Source of the DNA: Octopus bimaculoides
Taxonomy: Eukaryota
Assembly: GCF_001194135.2 (NCBI RefSeq)
Contig: NC_069007.1
Coordinates: forward strand, 2,445,697 to 2,509,696
Direction of reading: 5' to 3'
DNA length: 64,000 nt
A program made the translations under genes and the position numbers. Each line of letters starts with the position of its first letter. Position 1 is the stretch's first letter. The notes under the pieces were generated by a model. It made no database searches, was not told where the DNA came from, and saw only the letters and a list, made by a program, of their open reading frames with translations. Of this stretch, positions 24,705 to 38,009 are shown piece by piece.

Positions 24705-25256
24705 ATTTAAGTCTGTGTGTAGGTGTGTTTGTGTGTATGAGCACGCATGCATGCTTATGTGTGTCTGGGTGTCATTTGAAATTACGATAAACACAATTTT
24801 ATAGCACTTGTTCCTACGTACGTTTCACCATTGTGGTTGACTGGAATCCCTTCATCAGAGTTCCTAGTGCAATAGGAAGACTAAACTGATCGGATCAGCG
24901 GGGAACACTTCGTTGCATTATGTCACATAATGCGAATCTCCAGGGTGAGATCGAACGCGAGACAATTATTTTATAAAAATGTTGATAGTGACAAACAAAA
25001 AAGATAAGCGTAGAAAAACACAAAATACAATCCAGAATTCCTAACAATCACAATGCTAAAGCGTTCGACATTTGTTCTGTATATCATAGCTAGTAACATA
25101 CTAAGTGTAATAGTTACATAAGCACTTAAGTGGAAGCGGACTGGACGATGACAATCTACGTTGAGCTCTAACATAACAGAAACATTTGGTATATTTTTAT
25201 ATACATACGATCTGCGACTTGGAAGTCTTTCCATAATGAAGGAACGCAATATTTCA

Positions 25257-25258
<2 letters not shown>

Positions 25259-25322
<64 letters not shown>
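25259..25322. repeat. (GT)n microsatellite
   Basis: Direct reading. Confidence 0.95.
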
Positions 25323-25323
<1 letters not shown>

Positions 25324-25480
25324 GGAACTAGGGTGTCAGGCCCGAGGAATAGATGTTATCTGTTTGAATAGACGTCAGTATTTCTAAACGAAATATTTAT
25401 ATCTCTTCCAAAATTATATATCTTCTCTAATTTGGTTATTTGATTACGCTGGAATTGTCTCTTGTTTTTGTGTTTCGCAG

Positions 25481-25534
25481 GATTTAAACACGTTTGTAGC
25501 CAGATTCCAACAGTAATTGTATGGGTATTGTCAG
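25481..25534 (+). CDS. Candidate 54-nt symmetric phase-1 exon
   Basis: Strong acceptor cttgtttttgtgtttcgcag, donor cag|gtaatt; only the phase-1 frame is open: (G)FKHVCSQIPTVIVWVLS. Confidence 0.35.
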
Positions 25535-25950
25535 GTAATTGCAGATATCCACCTCACTCTTGTTACATTTCTCAGAACTGCTGTATTATCCAAACGTAAC
25601 AGTCTGTCAGGTTACCATAGTGATTTGGTTTATATTAGTGTAAACAAGAGTACATCGTACTTTTCATGATATTTAATAAAGCTAAGACCTACAAATTCAG
25701 GACATAGATAAGTACGTGTATATGATTCTCTCTAAGTCTGCGCATGCGTTTGAGCGTATGTGAGGAATATTTCTCGAGCAAGATAATTGCCGGGCTCATA
25801 AATTCCTTGAGGCATATTTAAAGAGAAGAGCCAATTAGTGTCCACTAATTGGGTAAATGCCTCCAATACAAACCACGAAGACGGCACATTTTACCAGTTC
25901 TCGAAAAAATATGCGGAAAAACAAACATACATAAACACACGTATATAAAC

Positions 25951-26009
<59 letters not shown>

Positions 26010-26219
26010 TAAATATACTACACATAGGTACACGCATAAATCCATCCATCCATCTCTCAATAAATGTATACATGCATATTCTTATAACAGATATTGTAAT
26101 ATTCTTATATTCTTATATTCTTATATTAGGTACATGTAACCCGTACTAACGTATACTCTCGTTTGTTTAGTCACACGTTGTTATTTATATTTTTATATGT
26201 AAGCTGCTATGTGGTGCAG

Positions 26220-26400
26220 TGTGTGTATGTTTGTGTGTCTGTGTTTGTCCTCCCACCAACACTTGACAACTGGTGTGTTTATGTCCCCGTAACCTACCGG
26301 TTCGGCAAAAGAGACCGATAGAATCAGTACTAGGCTTACAGAGAATAAGTCCTGGGATCGATTTGCTCGACTAAAGGCGATGCTGTAACATGGCCGAAAT
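26220..26400 (+). mobile_element. SINE family C 3' half
   Basis: tgtgtctgtgtttgtcc..ttgacaactggtgtgtttatgtccccgtaac..ggttcggcaaaagagaccgatagaat..gtcctgggatcgatttgctcgactaaaggcgatgct. Confidence 0.8.
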
Positions 26401-26516
26401 GTGTGTTTATGCGCATTTGTATGTATGTATATTATATATATTATTTATATATACGTATGCAGAAACACACACACTCATATAACCTATATATATATATATA
26501 ATGACAGGTATGATAG

Positions 26517-26575
<59 letters not shown>

Positions 26576-26585
26576 TATATATATA

Positions 26586-26863
26586 GGGCAATCGGCTTAA
26601 GATGACAAGGTTGTAAGTTCGATTCCTGGCGCTTCGTTATTTCACGTTGCTCCAGTCCACACAACTGTCAAAAATAAATACTGTCTGTATTTCAACGGAA
26701 AAATCTTGTAACATTCTGTCCCACTGAATTTCCTTGAGCACTATGTTAAGGGTACACATGTCTGCGGAGTGCTCAGCCACTTGCATATTAATTTCACGAG
26801 CAGCAGCATATACCGTTGGTCGCATCAACTGGAATTCTCGTCGTCGTTAACGATGGAGTCCCA
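26586..26863 (+). mobile_element. SINE sharing the family A 3' half but with a different 5' region
   Basis: Head aaggttgtaagttcgattcctggc..gttgctccagtccac, then ctgtatttcaa..gttaagggtacacatgtctgcggagtgctcagccacttgca..ctcgtcgtcgtta..ggagtccca. Confidence 0.7.
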
Positions 26864-26970
26864 GTTGAATTATAAATATATATATCAACTATATATATAC
26901 ACATGTATTTCAATTATATGTACAATATATATATATATATATACACACACACATTTTTCAACTACATATG

Positions 26971-27017
<47 letters not shown>

Positions 27018-27230
27018 CTGAGAGATCGAATAGATGTAGAACCAACGAAAGACCTATTCCGTCCAGCGAGGAATAAATGTCAATTTACATACAGAACCGA
27101 AATTAATAATTTCATGGTATTATGAAATTTGAATAAATAACGAACGAAAGTACTCAAGGGAATCTACTCTGCAATTTCGACTTTCTTCATCCAGGGAAAG
27201 ACCATCCCAGGTTTGCGATAAAAGAAATAC

Positions 27231-27442
27231 NNNNNNNNNNNNNNNNNNNNNNNNNNNNNNNNNNNNNNNNNNNNNNNNNNNNNNNNNNNNNNNNNNNNNN
27301 NNNNNNNNNNNNNNNNNNNNNNNNNNNNNNNNNNNNNNNNNNNNNNNNNNNNNNNNNNNNNNNNNNNNNNNNNNNNNNNNNNNNNNNNNNNNNNNNNNNN
27401 NNNNNNNNNNNNNNNNNNNNNNNNNNNNNNNNNNNNNNNNNN
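27231..27442. other. Assembly gap (212 N)
   Basis: N-run. Confidence 1.
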
Positions 27443-27473
<31 letters not shown>

Positions 27474-28327
27474 TATATATACACGTTAATATATATAAGT
27501 TTATCAATTTGTGTTGCAAGATTTCTGATGTGAAATCGATTGTTGAAATGCATATTGCTGTATTTCGGGATGGTCATTTGTTCTTTTATTTTCTTTTTGC
27601 CAAATAAACACATGCACTATAAATTTGTTCTTCACTCGTTTATTGCTGGTTTTATTTTTATTTTTTTAACTCATGCCCATTGTCCGGAAATCTTTCATCA
27701 CACATCTGTGGCCGCTTCATCCACGCAGAGTGTATGCGGATTTTCCATTTCATTATAACCTGTCTTAAATATTTATTGTTCTCATCAATTTATCACTTCA
27801 GAAATATATGTTCCATAACTACCTGATGTGATCTACCAGCAGGATTATATGAATAATTTAATAATTCAATTATATGACGCTAATGTTTGGAGAAGAAACG
27901 AAGCTTTGAGAATATTTTCATTTGCCGAAGGAAATGAAATTAAAATTTTAGATTCTATCAGAAGCTGCTATGTCAACTATCACCAAGAAAGAGGTACAGA
28001 GTAAACAAAAGTACATCTTGTAATGTTTATTAATCCACGAAGCACGAAAATATGATACACGAGATATTTGTGGAAATAATTCACAGTGGAAAAATGGCTG
28101 CCTCTATATCATTCGCTTTTAGTGTTATCCTGTCATATTTAGCTTATGCAAAAAAGATAAATGAGTCAATATATATCATAGCTACTCGACTTGTTACTAG
28201 CAGTTTGGAAGGCTACAGTTATAGTAAAGGATTCCTCAACTACCGGGCGCCGGACCAGTTCTGGCATGCGCAGAAAGAATACATTTTAAAATTGTATTTC
28301 TGTCTTATTTTTTATCGAAGTCTGCAG

Positions 28328-28540
28328 TGAGCCAGCAGAATCGTTAGCACACCGGGCAAAATGCTTAGCGTCATTTTATTCGTCCGTAGGATCTTAGTTC
28401 AAATTTTTCGCCGAGGCTGATTTTGCTTTCATCCTTTCGGAATCGATGAAATCAGTGCCAGTTAAGCGGTGGAGTCAATGTAATTGACTAGTCTCCTCCT
28501 CAAAGATTTCAGGCCTTGTACCAAGAGTAGAACGGATTAT
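28328..28540 (+). mobile_element. SINE family B
   Basis: gagccagcagaatcgttagcacaccgggcaaaatgcttagcg..gctttcatcctttcgg..atttcaggccttgtaccaagagtagaacggattat. Confidence 0.8.
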
Positions 28541-28921
28541 CGTAATCTGTAGGATTCCTATTTTGCATTGTCTATGAATCGTATATCATGTATATGTTCG
28601 TGTGTGTGTGTGTGTGTGTGCATGGGTGTGGGTATAGCTGTTTGTGTATGTATATTTATTATATATGCAATAATTGTATTGTATATCAAGCATTTTAATG
28701 TGTTTTATCTGCGCATGATTCTCACCCCCACCCACCCAATCTTACATTAAACCATCCTGGGTTGCATAAAAAAAACATTTTAGGAATCACCGCCATACGC
28801 AATCGACTTGTTATAATTAATAGATTGAGTGATTATGACATACAGGTTCGACCAGTTACTAGTAGAAGGTCGAATACTTATGATTTACAAAATCGTCTAG
28901 TTACTTCTTACCCTCGACAAT

Positions 28922-29200
28922 CAGTGGTTCCCAAACTTCTTTAGGTTGTCACTCCATGGCACACAAGCGGCCACATTCCTGGACCACCACCACACTCACC
29001 GCCACAAACATAGACTACTTTGTAGAGAAAATTCAAAGCAAGAGTATTTCGCAAATAAAACTTATCCTAATTAATTCATTATTTGGGGGCTTTTTTTTTA
29101 CATCATTTTTACTTCCCCCTTATCACCCCACTATTCTTCAACGCCCTTCATCTTTCTCCTGCCCTCAAGGGGGTAGTACCACCCACTTTGAGAACCAGTG
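28922..29200. mobile_element. hAT-type MITE (279 bp)
   Basis: Termini cagtggttcccaaac / ctttgagaaccagtg resemble hAT (Charlie-like) TIRs; no intact 8-bp TSD seen. Confidence 0.65.
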
Positions 29201-29981
29201 CAGTATATAGAATTGATTTTTTTTTAATTCCTAGCAGGTCAAACGTATTTTGTATACAGGATTGAGCTATTATTATTAGCTGATCGAGTGGGTGTCGTAT
29301 GTTGGATTCCATACTTATTTATTTAATATGAATAGCTCTATAAAGTCACACTATAAAAGCTATGACAATAACAAATGCACACATGAATATGACGTGGTGG
29401 TGACCAGACCCCTGATTCCGATCAGGCGTGGAGTATTTCATCAAAGTATGCCTAGCATTAAAATAAAGCTCGATAGCAACAACGTCAGAAAAAGGAGTCT
29501 AAGAAAAAAATCTTCGAAAAATTGAGATGAAAATTAGTATTTTAAAATTAATTTCTAAAAAAGTCACCCAAATGTAAATTATTATGTTGCTTCTATTTGC
29601 CATGGGCTACACTATCTATTAATATTCAACGAAAATATCTATAATACGGTTCGACATGTCACGGCATTCGTGAGTTAGCGAGTTGTGCTTTAACCTAGTT
29701 TAACTATGGAACTATATCGATGACATAATCCATAGATTTAGCATAATGAAACTGCTGATTGTTATATGCTTTTCATAATTATAACTATGGAACGAAATCC
29801 ATGGTACAATTGAGATATTCGATAAAAGGAAGTAGGGGGTGATGGTTGCGCTTTAGACACCCTTATATATAAAACGTAACTGAAAACATGATCTGACGTT
29901 GTTACGGAATTAAAGCTGATTATGAAAACGAATAATTTAAAACCATAAAATGCGAATAAATTCTTGATAAAATATAGTAAG

Positions 29982-30351
29982 TGGAGGGGCAATGGCCAAG
30001 TGGTTAGGGCAGCAGACTCGCGGTTTCGATTTCCAGACCGGGCGTTGTGAGTCTTTATTGAGCGAAAACACCTAAAGCTCCTCGAGGCTCCGGCAGGGGA
30101 TGGTGGCGAACCCTGCTGTACTCTTTCACCACAACTTTCTCTCACTCTTACTTCCTGTTTCTGTTGTGCCTGTAATTCAAAGGGTCAGCCTTGTCACACT
30201 GTGTCACGCTGAATATCCCTGAGAACTACGTTAAGGGTACACGTGTCTGTGGAGTGCTCAGCCACTTGCACGTTAATTTCACGAGCAGGATGTTCCGTTG
30301 ATCGGATCAACTGGAACCCTGGACGTCGTAAGTGACGGAGTGCCAACAACA
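29982..30351 (+). mobile_element. SINE family A, full length, with 12-bp target-site duplication
   Basis: tRNA-like head, full body, (AAC)n tail; aaaatatagtaa at 29969-29980 and 30352-30363. Confidence 0.95.
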
Positions 30352-30764
30352 AAAATATAGTAAAACTTGAATTTTTATCATTATTTGTGCTACTTCATTT
30401 TTTGGGACTTTTGCGAGGATTACTTATTGCGTAAAACCTAATTAGTGGACAATCTCGGATTCCTATTTGCAAACTGAATTCAAAATACCGATAACACCCT
30501 CAAATCCGGAAGAGCAATATCCGGAACATTCAAACAACCGCCACCCTAAAAGACAATAAAAGAACATATGCTGTTAATTAGAGTGAAGATAATTAGTCCG
30601 AATTTGTGTAATTAATTAGTTGCCAGTAAAGAAAGAAATCTTCTGCTGTACTCAAAATGTATCGGTGCTACTCAAAGTTCAGCAATTTTACTTTACCGTT
30701 CTTACAGTTCCAATATCAGTTAGCTTAGTAAGGCTCCTTCGCCTTGTGGGCGATAAAGAAATAA

Positions 30765-30957
30765 GAAACGTTAGCATGCCGGGCTAAATGCTTAGCAGTA
30801 TTTCGTCAGTCTTAGTTCAAATTCCGCCGAGGTCGACTTTGCCTTTTATCTTTTCGGGGTCGATAAATTAAGTACCACTTGTGCACTGAGGTTGATCTAA
30901 TCGACTGGCCCTCTCCCCCAAATTTCGTGCCTTGAGGCTAGAGTAGAAAAGAATATT
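30765..30957 (+). mobile_element. SINE family B
   Basis: gaaacgttagcatgccgggctaaatgcttagcagtatttcg..aaattccgccgaggtcgactttgcc..cggggtcgataaattaagtacc..gagtagaaaagaatatt. Confidence 0.85.
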
Positions 30958-31140
30958 CCGGACCACTAAGTTACGAGGACGAAAACAGACCGCAATGTTG
31001 GAGACAAACATCAACAGACGTGGACATATACTCACATATATCTAGCTATACATATGTGGGGGGGGGGGCTAAAAACTTCTTCGCCTTAAGGCTATTGCTT
31101 TCTTTTACAGGGCTTAGAAAAAAGAAAGGACCACTGCAAT

Positions 31141-31342
31141 AGGAAAAATACCTCTCAGGAAAATACCTCTCAGGAAAATACCTCTCAGCCAGCACATCGA
31201 CGAATGTGCTTACGACAAATTTCCCAAATTCACAACGTTTCCTCTATACAAATTCAAAGACAATGCTAGACAAAATGAACGCATTAGCAAAGAAATATTG
31301 TTTATAAGAAAATACCGACCAAGTCTAAATTCTCTAAACTAG
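31141..31342 (+). mobile_element. Penelope-like element, ORF C-terminus (end of GIY-YIG domain)
   Basis: RKIPLSQHIDECAYDKFPKFTTFPLYKFKDNARQNERISKEILFIRKYRPSLNSLN*, with the E..FI.K..P.LN ending typical of PLE endonucleases. Confidence 0.65.
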
Positions 31343-32526
31343 CAACACTGAGACTTTCATATATGTTTTAATATTTTTATACGTGGATTTGCAAGTTATT
31401 CATAAGAAATAAACAAAGGGGATCGAAGAACCCGATTTCTATTAAAACGATGGCAGGAACAACTTCACCTCGACGACTACCACCACTACTACTACTACTA
31501 CTATTGTTATTATCATGCCTGCTGCTAGTTATTCGACAGCTACAACCACTCCTAGAATTCCTCCCTGACCACTATTTAATTTCCTAAAACAGATAGTAGT
31601 AATCTACTAAAAGAACCAGTTGGAATTACCATGTTCAAGGAAATGACCACGTGCGCATGCAAGAAATAACAGTAAACTATGAATGTCATTCTTAATTTTA
31701 ATTTCAATTTTATTTTATTAATAGCCCTTTTCTCTTCTCACATATTTTATATTCATTTTTGATAAGGTTATTAAAAAAAAACCGAAACATGTAAATTAAT
31801 TAAAACACCCCAAAAATGTTTTTAAAAAGTGACATTTTCATTTTTATTCATTTTCAATGTCTACTTACCCGTGTAGTACTTTTACAAATCTTTTCAAATA
31901 TATANNNNNNNNNNTCTCTCTCTTTCCCTCTCTCTCTCTTTCCCTCTCTCTCTCTCTCTCTTTATATATATATATATATATATATACATAAGTGTCACGA
32001 AAGGTGCCACGCACTGGGACTAAATGAAAATCCAAGTGGTTGACAAGCGAATTTCATCTCACTTTCATTTAGCACCACACAAGACTCACAGCTCAATTCT
32101 CTACAGCTTTGAGATTCCGTAGAATCAACGTTTCCATTATATATTTGGGTTTATTTTACATCCTCTTCCATTTCGCATTCTGACACACAGTTTTAGCAAA
32201 ATACAAGACTTAACTCCCTTGCTGGGCGAAAGTACGTGTTGTTTGTTGCACAGTTCTTGTTTACAAAAAAGTACGACAGCGTTTTCTTTATTTATCTATA
32301 TTTTTGTATTTCATCTTTTATTATTCCTGAGCTGTTATTTATCGTCTACATCATGTATATATATCAGATATATGTGTGTGCAGGTGTGTTGGGGAGTGTG
32401 GGGGGTGTTTGTGCGCGTCTATATACATATACTCACATACGCAGTCATACAAAATAATAATAATAACAATAATTAGATAGATAGATAGATAGATAGATAG
32501 ATACTGTATCAAACCAGATTCTAAAA

Positions 32527-32564
<38 letters not shown>

Positions 32565-32653
32565 TGTATTTGTATCAATGCATGCGTAAATGTAGTATAG
32601 ATATGCATACATATATATGCGTGTGTTTCTGTGCGTGTGTGTGCGCACATGTG

Positions 32654-32697
<44 letters not shown>

Positions 32698-33324
32698 CGC
32701 AGTCTCAAATAAGAAGCAGTTTATTCAGTGCATCCTCATATATTGATTTTTTTTTTCTCTTTCTAATCTTAATATTTCTCTGGATATATAAAGGTAGGTC
32801 TTAAGGCGATATTTCCATGAACTCCATCTTATGTTTCACTTGCAAAACAGAATGAAATTGGTTACAGAATGAAACGGTCTTATACCAATTTTTTTTTACC
32901 ATTATTTACCATTTTCCTTTTCGTTTTTTTCTCATTTTTGTTATTTATATTTTCGATATTATTTCCATAATCACTGTCTACTTGTTTCAAAATTCTTCAG
33001 TTTTATGCTTCTTCCAGAGATTTTCAGATGTGTGTTTATTATGGACCTAAAATATGTTTCGTGTATTACTTTTACTTGCAGCCCATGTTTACGTTGTGGC
33101 ATGTCGTTCCAATAAGTTCCTTTGATCTGATGACGAACAAATTTACTTCCCATGATTACAAGCAAAACCCAATTCTTTAAGTATGTTTCTTAATTCTGTT
33201 ACATGTGAAAGCAAATGCACTGAATCCTTATAAACGAATCTATTAAATCCCAAAATACAACCTGTACCATAGGTTCACGGAGAGTATTTTGCATGATAAC
33301 ACTAATTTAAAAATACATCTATGT

Positions 33325-33724
33325 GTTGTTGTTGTTGTTGTTGTTGGCACTCCGTCGCTTACGACGTCGAGAGTTCCAGTTGATCCGATCAACGGAACAG
33401 CCTGCTCGTGAAATTAACGTGCAAGTGGCTGAGCACTCCACACACACGTGTACACTTAGCGTAGTTCTCGGGGATATTCAGCGTGACACAGAGTGTGACA
33501 AGGCTGACCCTTTGAATTACAGGTACAACAGAAACAGGAAGGAAGAGTGAGAGAAAGTTGTGGTGGAACAGAACAGCAGGGTTCGCCACCATCCCCTGCC
33601 GGAGCCTCGTGGAGCTTTAGGTGTTTTCGCTCAATAAACACTCACAACGCCCGGTCTGGGAATCGAAACCGCGATCCTATGACCGCGATTCCGCTGCCCT
33701 AACCACTGGACCATTGCGCCTCCA
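33325..33724 (-). mobile_element. SINE family A, full length, with imperfect TSD
   Basis: Head with A/B boxes at the high-coordinate end, (AAC)n tail; acatctatgt (33315-33324) vs acatttatgt (33726-33735). Confidence 0.95.
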
Positions 33725-33837
33725 AACATTTATGTCCATTCAACGATAAACAAGACAGTGACCTAGAATTTGTTTTCCTAATTTTCTTATCCCAAATATT
33801 CTTTCCTTGCCGTAAAATGTAACTACGTGTAGATCGT

Positions 33838-34070
33838 TGGCAGCATTTCGTCTGTCGTCACTTTGTGAGTTGGAAATCCCGCCGAGGTCCACTTTCATTT
33901 TCATCCCTTCGGAAACGATGAAATAAGTACCAGTTATGTACTGGGGTATATGATATCAACTGCCGTCATCCCCCTAAGTTTCAGACCCTGTGCCTATAGC
34001 AGAAAGGATTACTATGATTATTATTATAATTATTATAATTATAATTATTATCATTATTATTATTAATAAT
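33838..34070 (+). mobile_element. SINE family B with (ATT)n tail
   Basis: cagcatttcgtctgtc..aatcccgccgaggtc..tttcatcccttcgg..aaataagtaccagtt..gtgcctatagcagaaaggatta. Confidence 0.75.
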
Positions 34071-34928
34071 ATCATTTTATCAATTTTATTGTTGTTGCTC
34101 TTCTTCTTCTTATTATTATTATCATTATTGGAAATCATATGTGAAAGATAAATACTTAAACATAACTGAATGCATGATATGCTATGAAAACATCCTTGTC
34201 GATTTTCCTATCTTCCCAGCAGAGGTTTATACATTTATCTTTACATTCATATTATCATTGTTATCATTTATCATTATTTATATTATCATCACACATTCAA
34301 CAACTTCATGCTATTTTCAACAACACCACCAGGTACATTTTCCTGTTCCTGGTGTTTTCCCAGCATTGTCTTTTACCAGAGAAGAATTGCATTTCTGCGC
34401 TACATCATTATTCTTTGCATTATTTTCCGCCATTAACATTATATTGCATATTATAATTTTTTTTTTCTGTATTTTCCCTATTTGGAGATTCAGAAATTGA
34501 CATACCTAAATCACCAATATGTTTCGATTAATGAATGTTGTTTTGATTTTCTATTTGTATTTTATTTTTAATTTTACATTTACAATTTCCATTATTTACT
34601 CGGAAGCATAAAGATTTGAATAACTTTGTGTAAATCTCAAATTACAGTAATAATGTACGTCTCAGCATAGATGTGCTTGTATACACAATCATACATACAT
34701 ATGTGTGTGTGTGTGTGTGTGTGTATAAACATGCATGTTAATGTTTATATTGATATTGAAGGGAAGAGAAAGTGAGGTGTCAGATGTAGATATGTAATTT
34801 ACATGCACTATTATAAGTATAAAACCTATTTTATTTTATATACAGATATCACAATAATGGCACGCACATACATGTATATACACGTGTATATATATATATA
34901 TATATATATGCTAGGATCNNNNNNNNNN

Positions 34929-34980
<52 letters not shown>

Positions 34981-35125
34981 TATATATTTTCATGCATATG
35001 TACGATGGTGGCAAATACATGATCTAATCTAATGTGTACCTTTATATATAGATTTATTTATTTATATGCATATATAAATGTGTGTATATATATGTATAGA
35101 GAGAGAGAGAGAGACATACATAATC

Positions 35126-35157
<32 letters not shown>

Positions 35158-35243
35158 TTGTGTTTTATATGTCTATATATACATAACTATATATATAAAT
35201 ATACACATACATATACATTTATGAATATACATGATCCTGGCAA

Positions 35244-35278
<35 letters not shown>

Positions 35279-35454
35279 TACATATATAATATGTGCGTGT
35301 GTGTCTGTGTGTATGTTTGTGTTACTATTTATATATATAAACGTACATGTTTATATATCTTTAAACAAGTAAATCTGCATTTGTGTACGCGTCGATAACT
35401 ATGGATGCGATTGTAATTGTATGGAACATCCTACTTTGCAAATATTACGTATGT

Positions 35455-35680
35455 GTGGGAAACAACAGTTAGCTTACATGGAAATCAACTTAAATAGCAA
35501 ATATATTGGTTATTATGAATAACATAACAGCAAAACTCAACAAATAAACTGAATACAACATTCTGACATTTTACTAAAACCTCACAGACTCACACCTAGA
35601 AGAGAATTGTCCAATAGAAAATGCTAAACAAATAAAATTCCAGAACAGATAATCTATCCATGTACCATCAGAGTAACAAG
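35455..35680 (+). mobile_element. Highly decayed Penelope-like fragment (linker/GIY-YIG start)
   Basis: Frameshifted pieces ..HNSK.., EENCPIEN.., IIYPCTIRVT resemble the PLE HN.K..CPL...C....VIY.A motif. Confidence 0.35.
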
Positions 35681-36176
35681 GAAAGATATTGGCAAACAAA
35701 CTGTATTAGATTTCTGATACAAAATCGAAATGGAGAAATGAAAATTGTCATGTTGTCCTCATGAGAGAGTTTAGTCTTAGAATATGATGTTACGCGTTCG
35801 AATTCACATTGCAGCAAGTTGGTGTGATATGTGTGTATATATCTATGTATATATACATGCATATATGGACCATATCAGGACCCATGAATGACGAAGATCC
35901 AACGACTACTCTGCCTATTTCTGTGTGCTTACCTTTCAATGCTGTGTATGCCATAAGGTTTGCAAATCCAACGGAGGTACCAAAAGATATTTTAAGTTCC
36001 ACAAAGATTAGAACTTAACTGTAGATCTTTGTGATTCAAATCAGACATGCAATCTATGCTGGTGCCATTTCAATACAATGTCCGGTGTAAAAAAGACATA
36101 TAAGACGCAATGATGGATGTCGGGGGTCAGTACAAGACGTCGTCAGACTCTGCATAAGGAGTTGAGAACTACCATA

Positions 36177-36246
<70 letters not shown>

Positions 36247-36271
36247 AATTGTGTATATATATATATATATA

Positions 36272-36420
36272 CGACGGGCTTCTTTCGGTTTCCTCTACCA
36301 AATCCACTCACAAGGCTCTGGTCGGCCCTAGGCTATAGCTGAAGGCACTTGCCCAAGACGCCAAGCAGTGGGACTGACCTGGAACCACGTAGTACGAATG
36401 CAAGTTCTTACCACGCAGAC
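36272..36420 (-). mobile_element. SINE family C 5' part
   Basis: cgacgggcttctttcggtttcctctaccaaatccactcacaaggct..ggcacttgcccaag..gcagtgggactga..ggaaccacgt..ttcttaccac. Confidence 0.8.
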
Positions 36421-36879
36421 TAACATGATTATAAAATAACAGTAATTAGCAGCACACATCATTTCAACTTCACAAAAACGTTCAGTTATTACTCGTCATA
36501 CACTTCAAGATATCTTTCTGCACGTATGTATTCTCATTTCTTAATGTGTGTGTATGAGTGCGGTCATATATAATTCAACATGCTATTAGCAATATCATCG
36601 ACCTACACAGAATATTGGGTGCTGCTTCAGATCTAGAATTATTCTTCGGTAGCGTTCAACCCAGAGCTGAGTGCAGATGTCAAAGGAGTTTCGTTGCTAG
36701 AAATCTCTCTGTAATGCCATACAATAATTTCTATATAGACCTTACACAATGGGTGCATTGAGGGCTATTTAATGTCTCTATTTGAAATATCAATCGAACA
36801 ATATGTACATACATACTCACAAACATACACTCACTCAGAAATGCACGCAAACACACGCACAAGCACATATATGGATATA

Positions 36880-36943
36880 GAGGTATAAATATATGTGTAT
36901 ATATCTATATGTGTGTATCTATATATCTATATATATCTATATA

Positions 36944-36976
<33 letters not shown>

Positions 36977-37021
36977 ATATATATCTATATATATCTATAT
37001 ATGTGTATATATCTATATATG

Positions 37022-37085
<64 letters not shown>

Positions 37086-37146
37086 TACGTGTGTGTATGT
37101 ATGGATGTAACTTATGTATACATATAAATATATATATATATACATG

Positions 37147-37190
<44 letters not shown>

Positions 37191-37209
37191 CACCCACCCA
37201 AACACAAAC

Positions 37210-37240
<31 letters not shown>
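36880..37240. repeat. Compound (TA)n/(TATC)/(CA)n microsatellite block
   Basis: Direct reading. Confidence 0.9.
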
Positions 37241-37244
<4 letters not shown>

Positions 37245-37951
37245 AATGCAAAGTTCTGAATGATCCTTCATATTAATTACAATAGAACACGTAAAGACCT
37301 CAATGATATTTGTTCTGGCAAAGAATTCAAAGACATCTTTTGGAAAGGTGGTTCAACCTATGACTCTTAGAATCATCCATTTATCGTCAAATCTCACAAA
37401 GATGCATTTATGTTACCTTGCCTACCCATTCCGAAAACTCATAAGCCCTCTTCACAAAAGAAAGTCCGAATTCAAATACGAAATCGATTGTGAAGAATAT
37501 GATAATCGCAAGTGATATATAAATCGTGATTCAAGACTCAACTTGCTTCTTTGAAAATTTTTTTTGATATTGTAATTCTATTTATGGATGTAGAATTTGG
37601 CGTATGGAATAAAGTATAAAATTAAATAAATATGAGTATAATTATGTATATGTATATATATATATATATATATATAATGATATATTCGCACACACATATA
37701 TATTTACGTTTGTATATTTACATACACCGACACAATTGTCTATATATATATGTGTGTATAAATATACGTGTGTATTTAAGTGTAGACGTGTGTGTGAGTG
37801 TGTGTGTGTGTGTGTGTTAGTGAGTGTACTGTGTTCCTCAATAGTTGCATTTCAATGTGTTTCTTGTCTATAGTGATGATTTGTCAAATAAGTACACATA
37901 TACTTATCTATATCTATATCTCTCTCGATCTATCTACCTACCTCTCTATCG

Positions 37952-38009
<58 letters not shown>

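Noticed and set aside
25738-25752. NRF1-like tgcgcatgcg motif (also near 31650 next to a cacgtg E-box)
   Set aside because: Isolated short motifs without promoter context.
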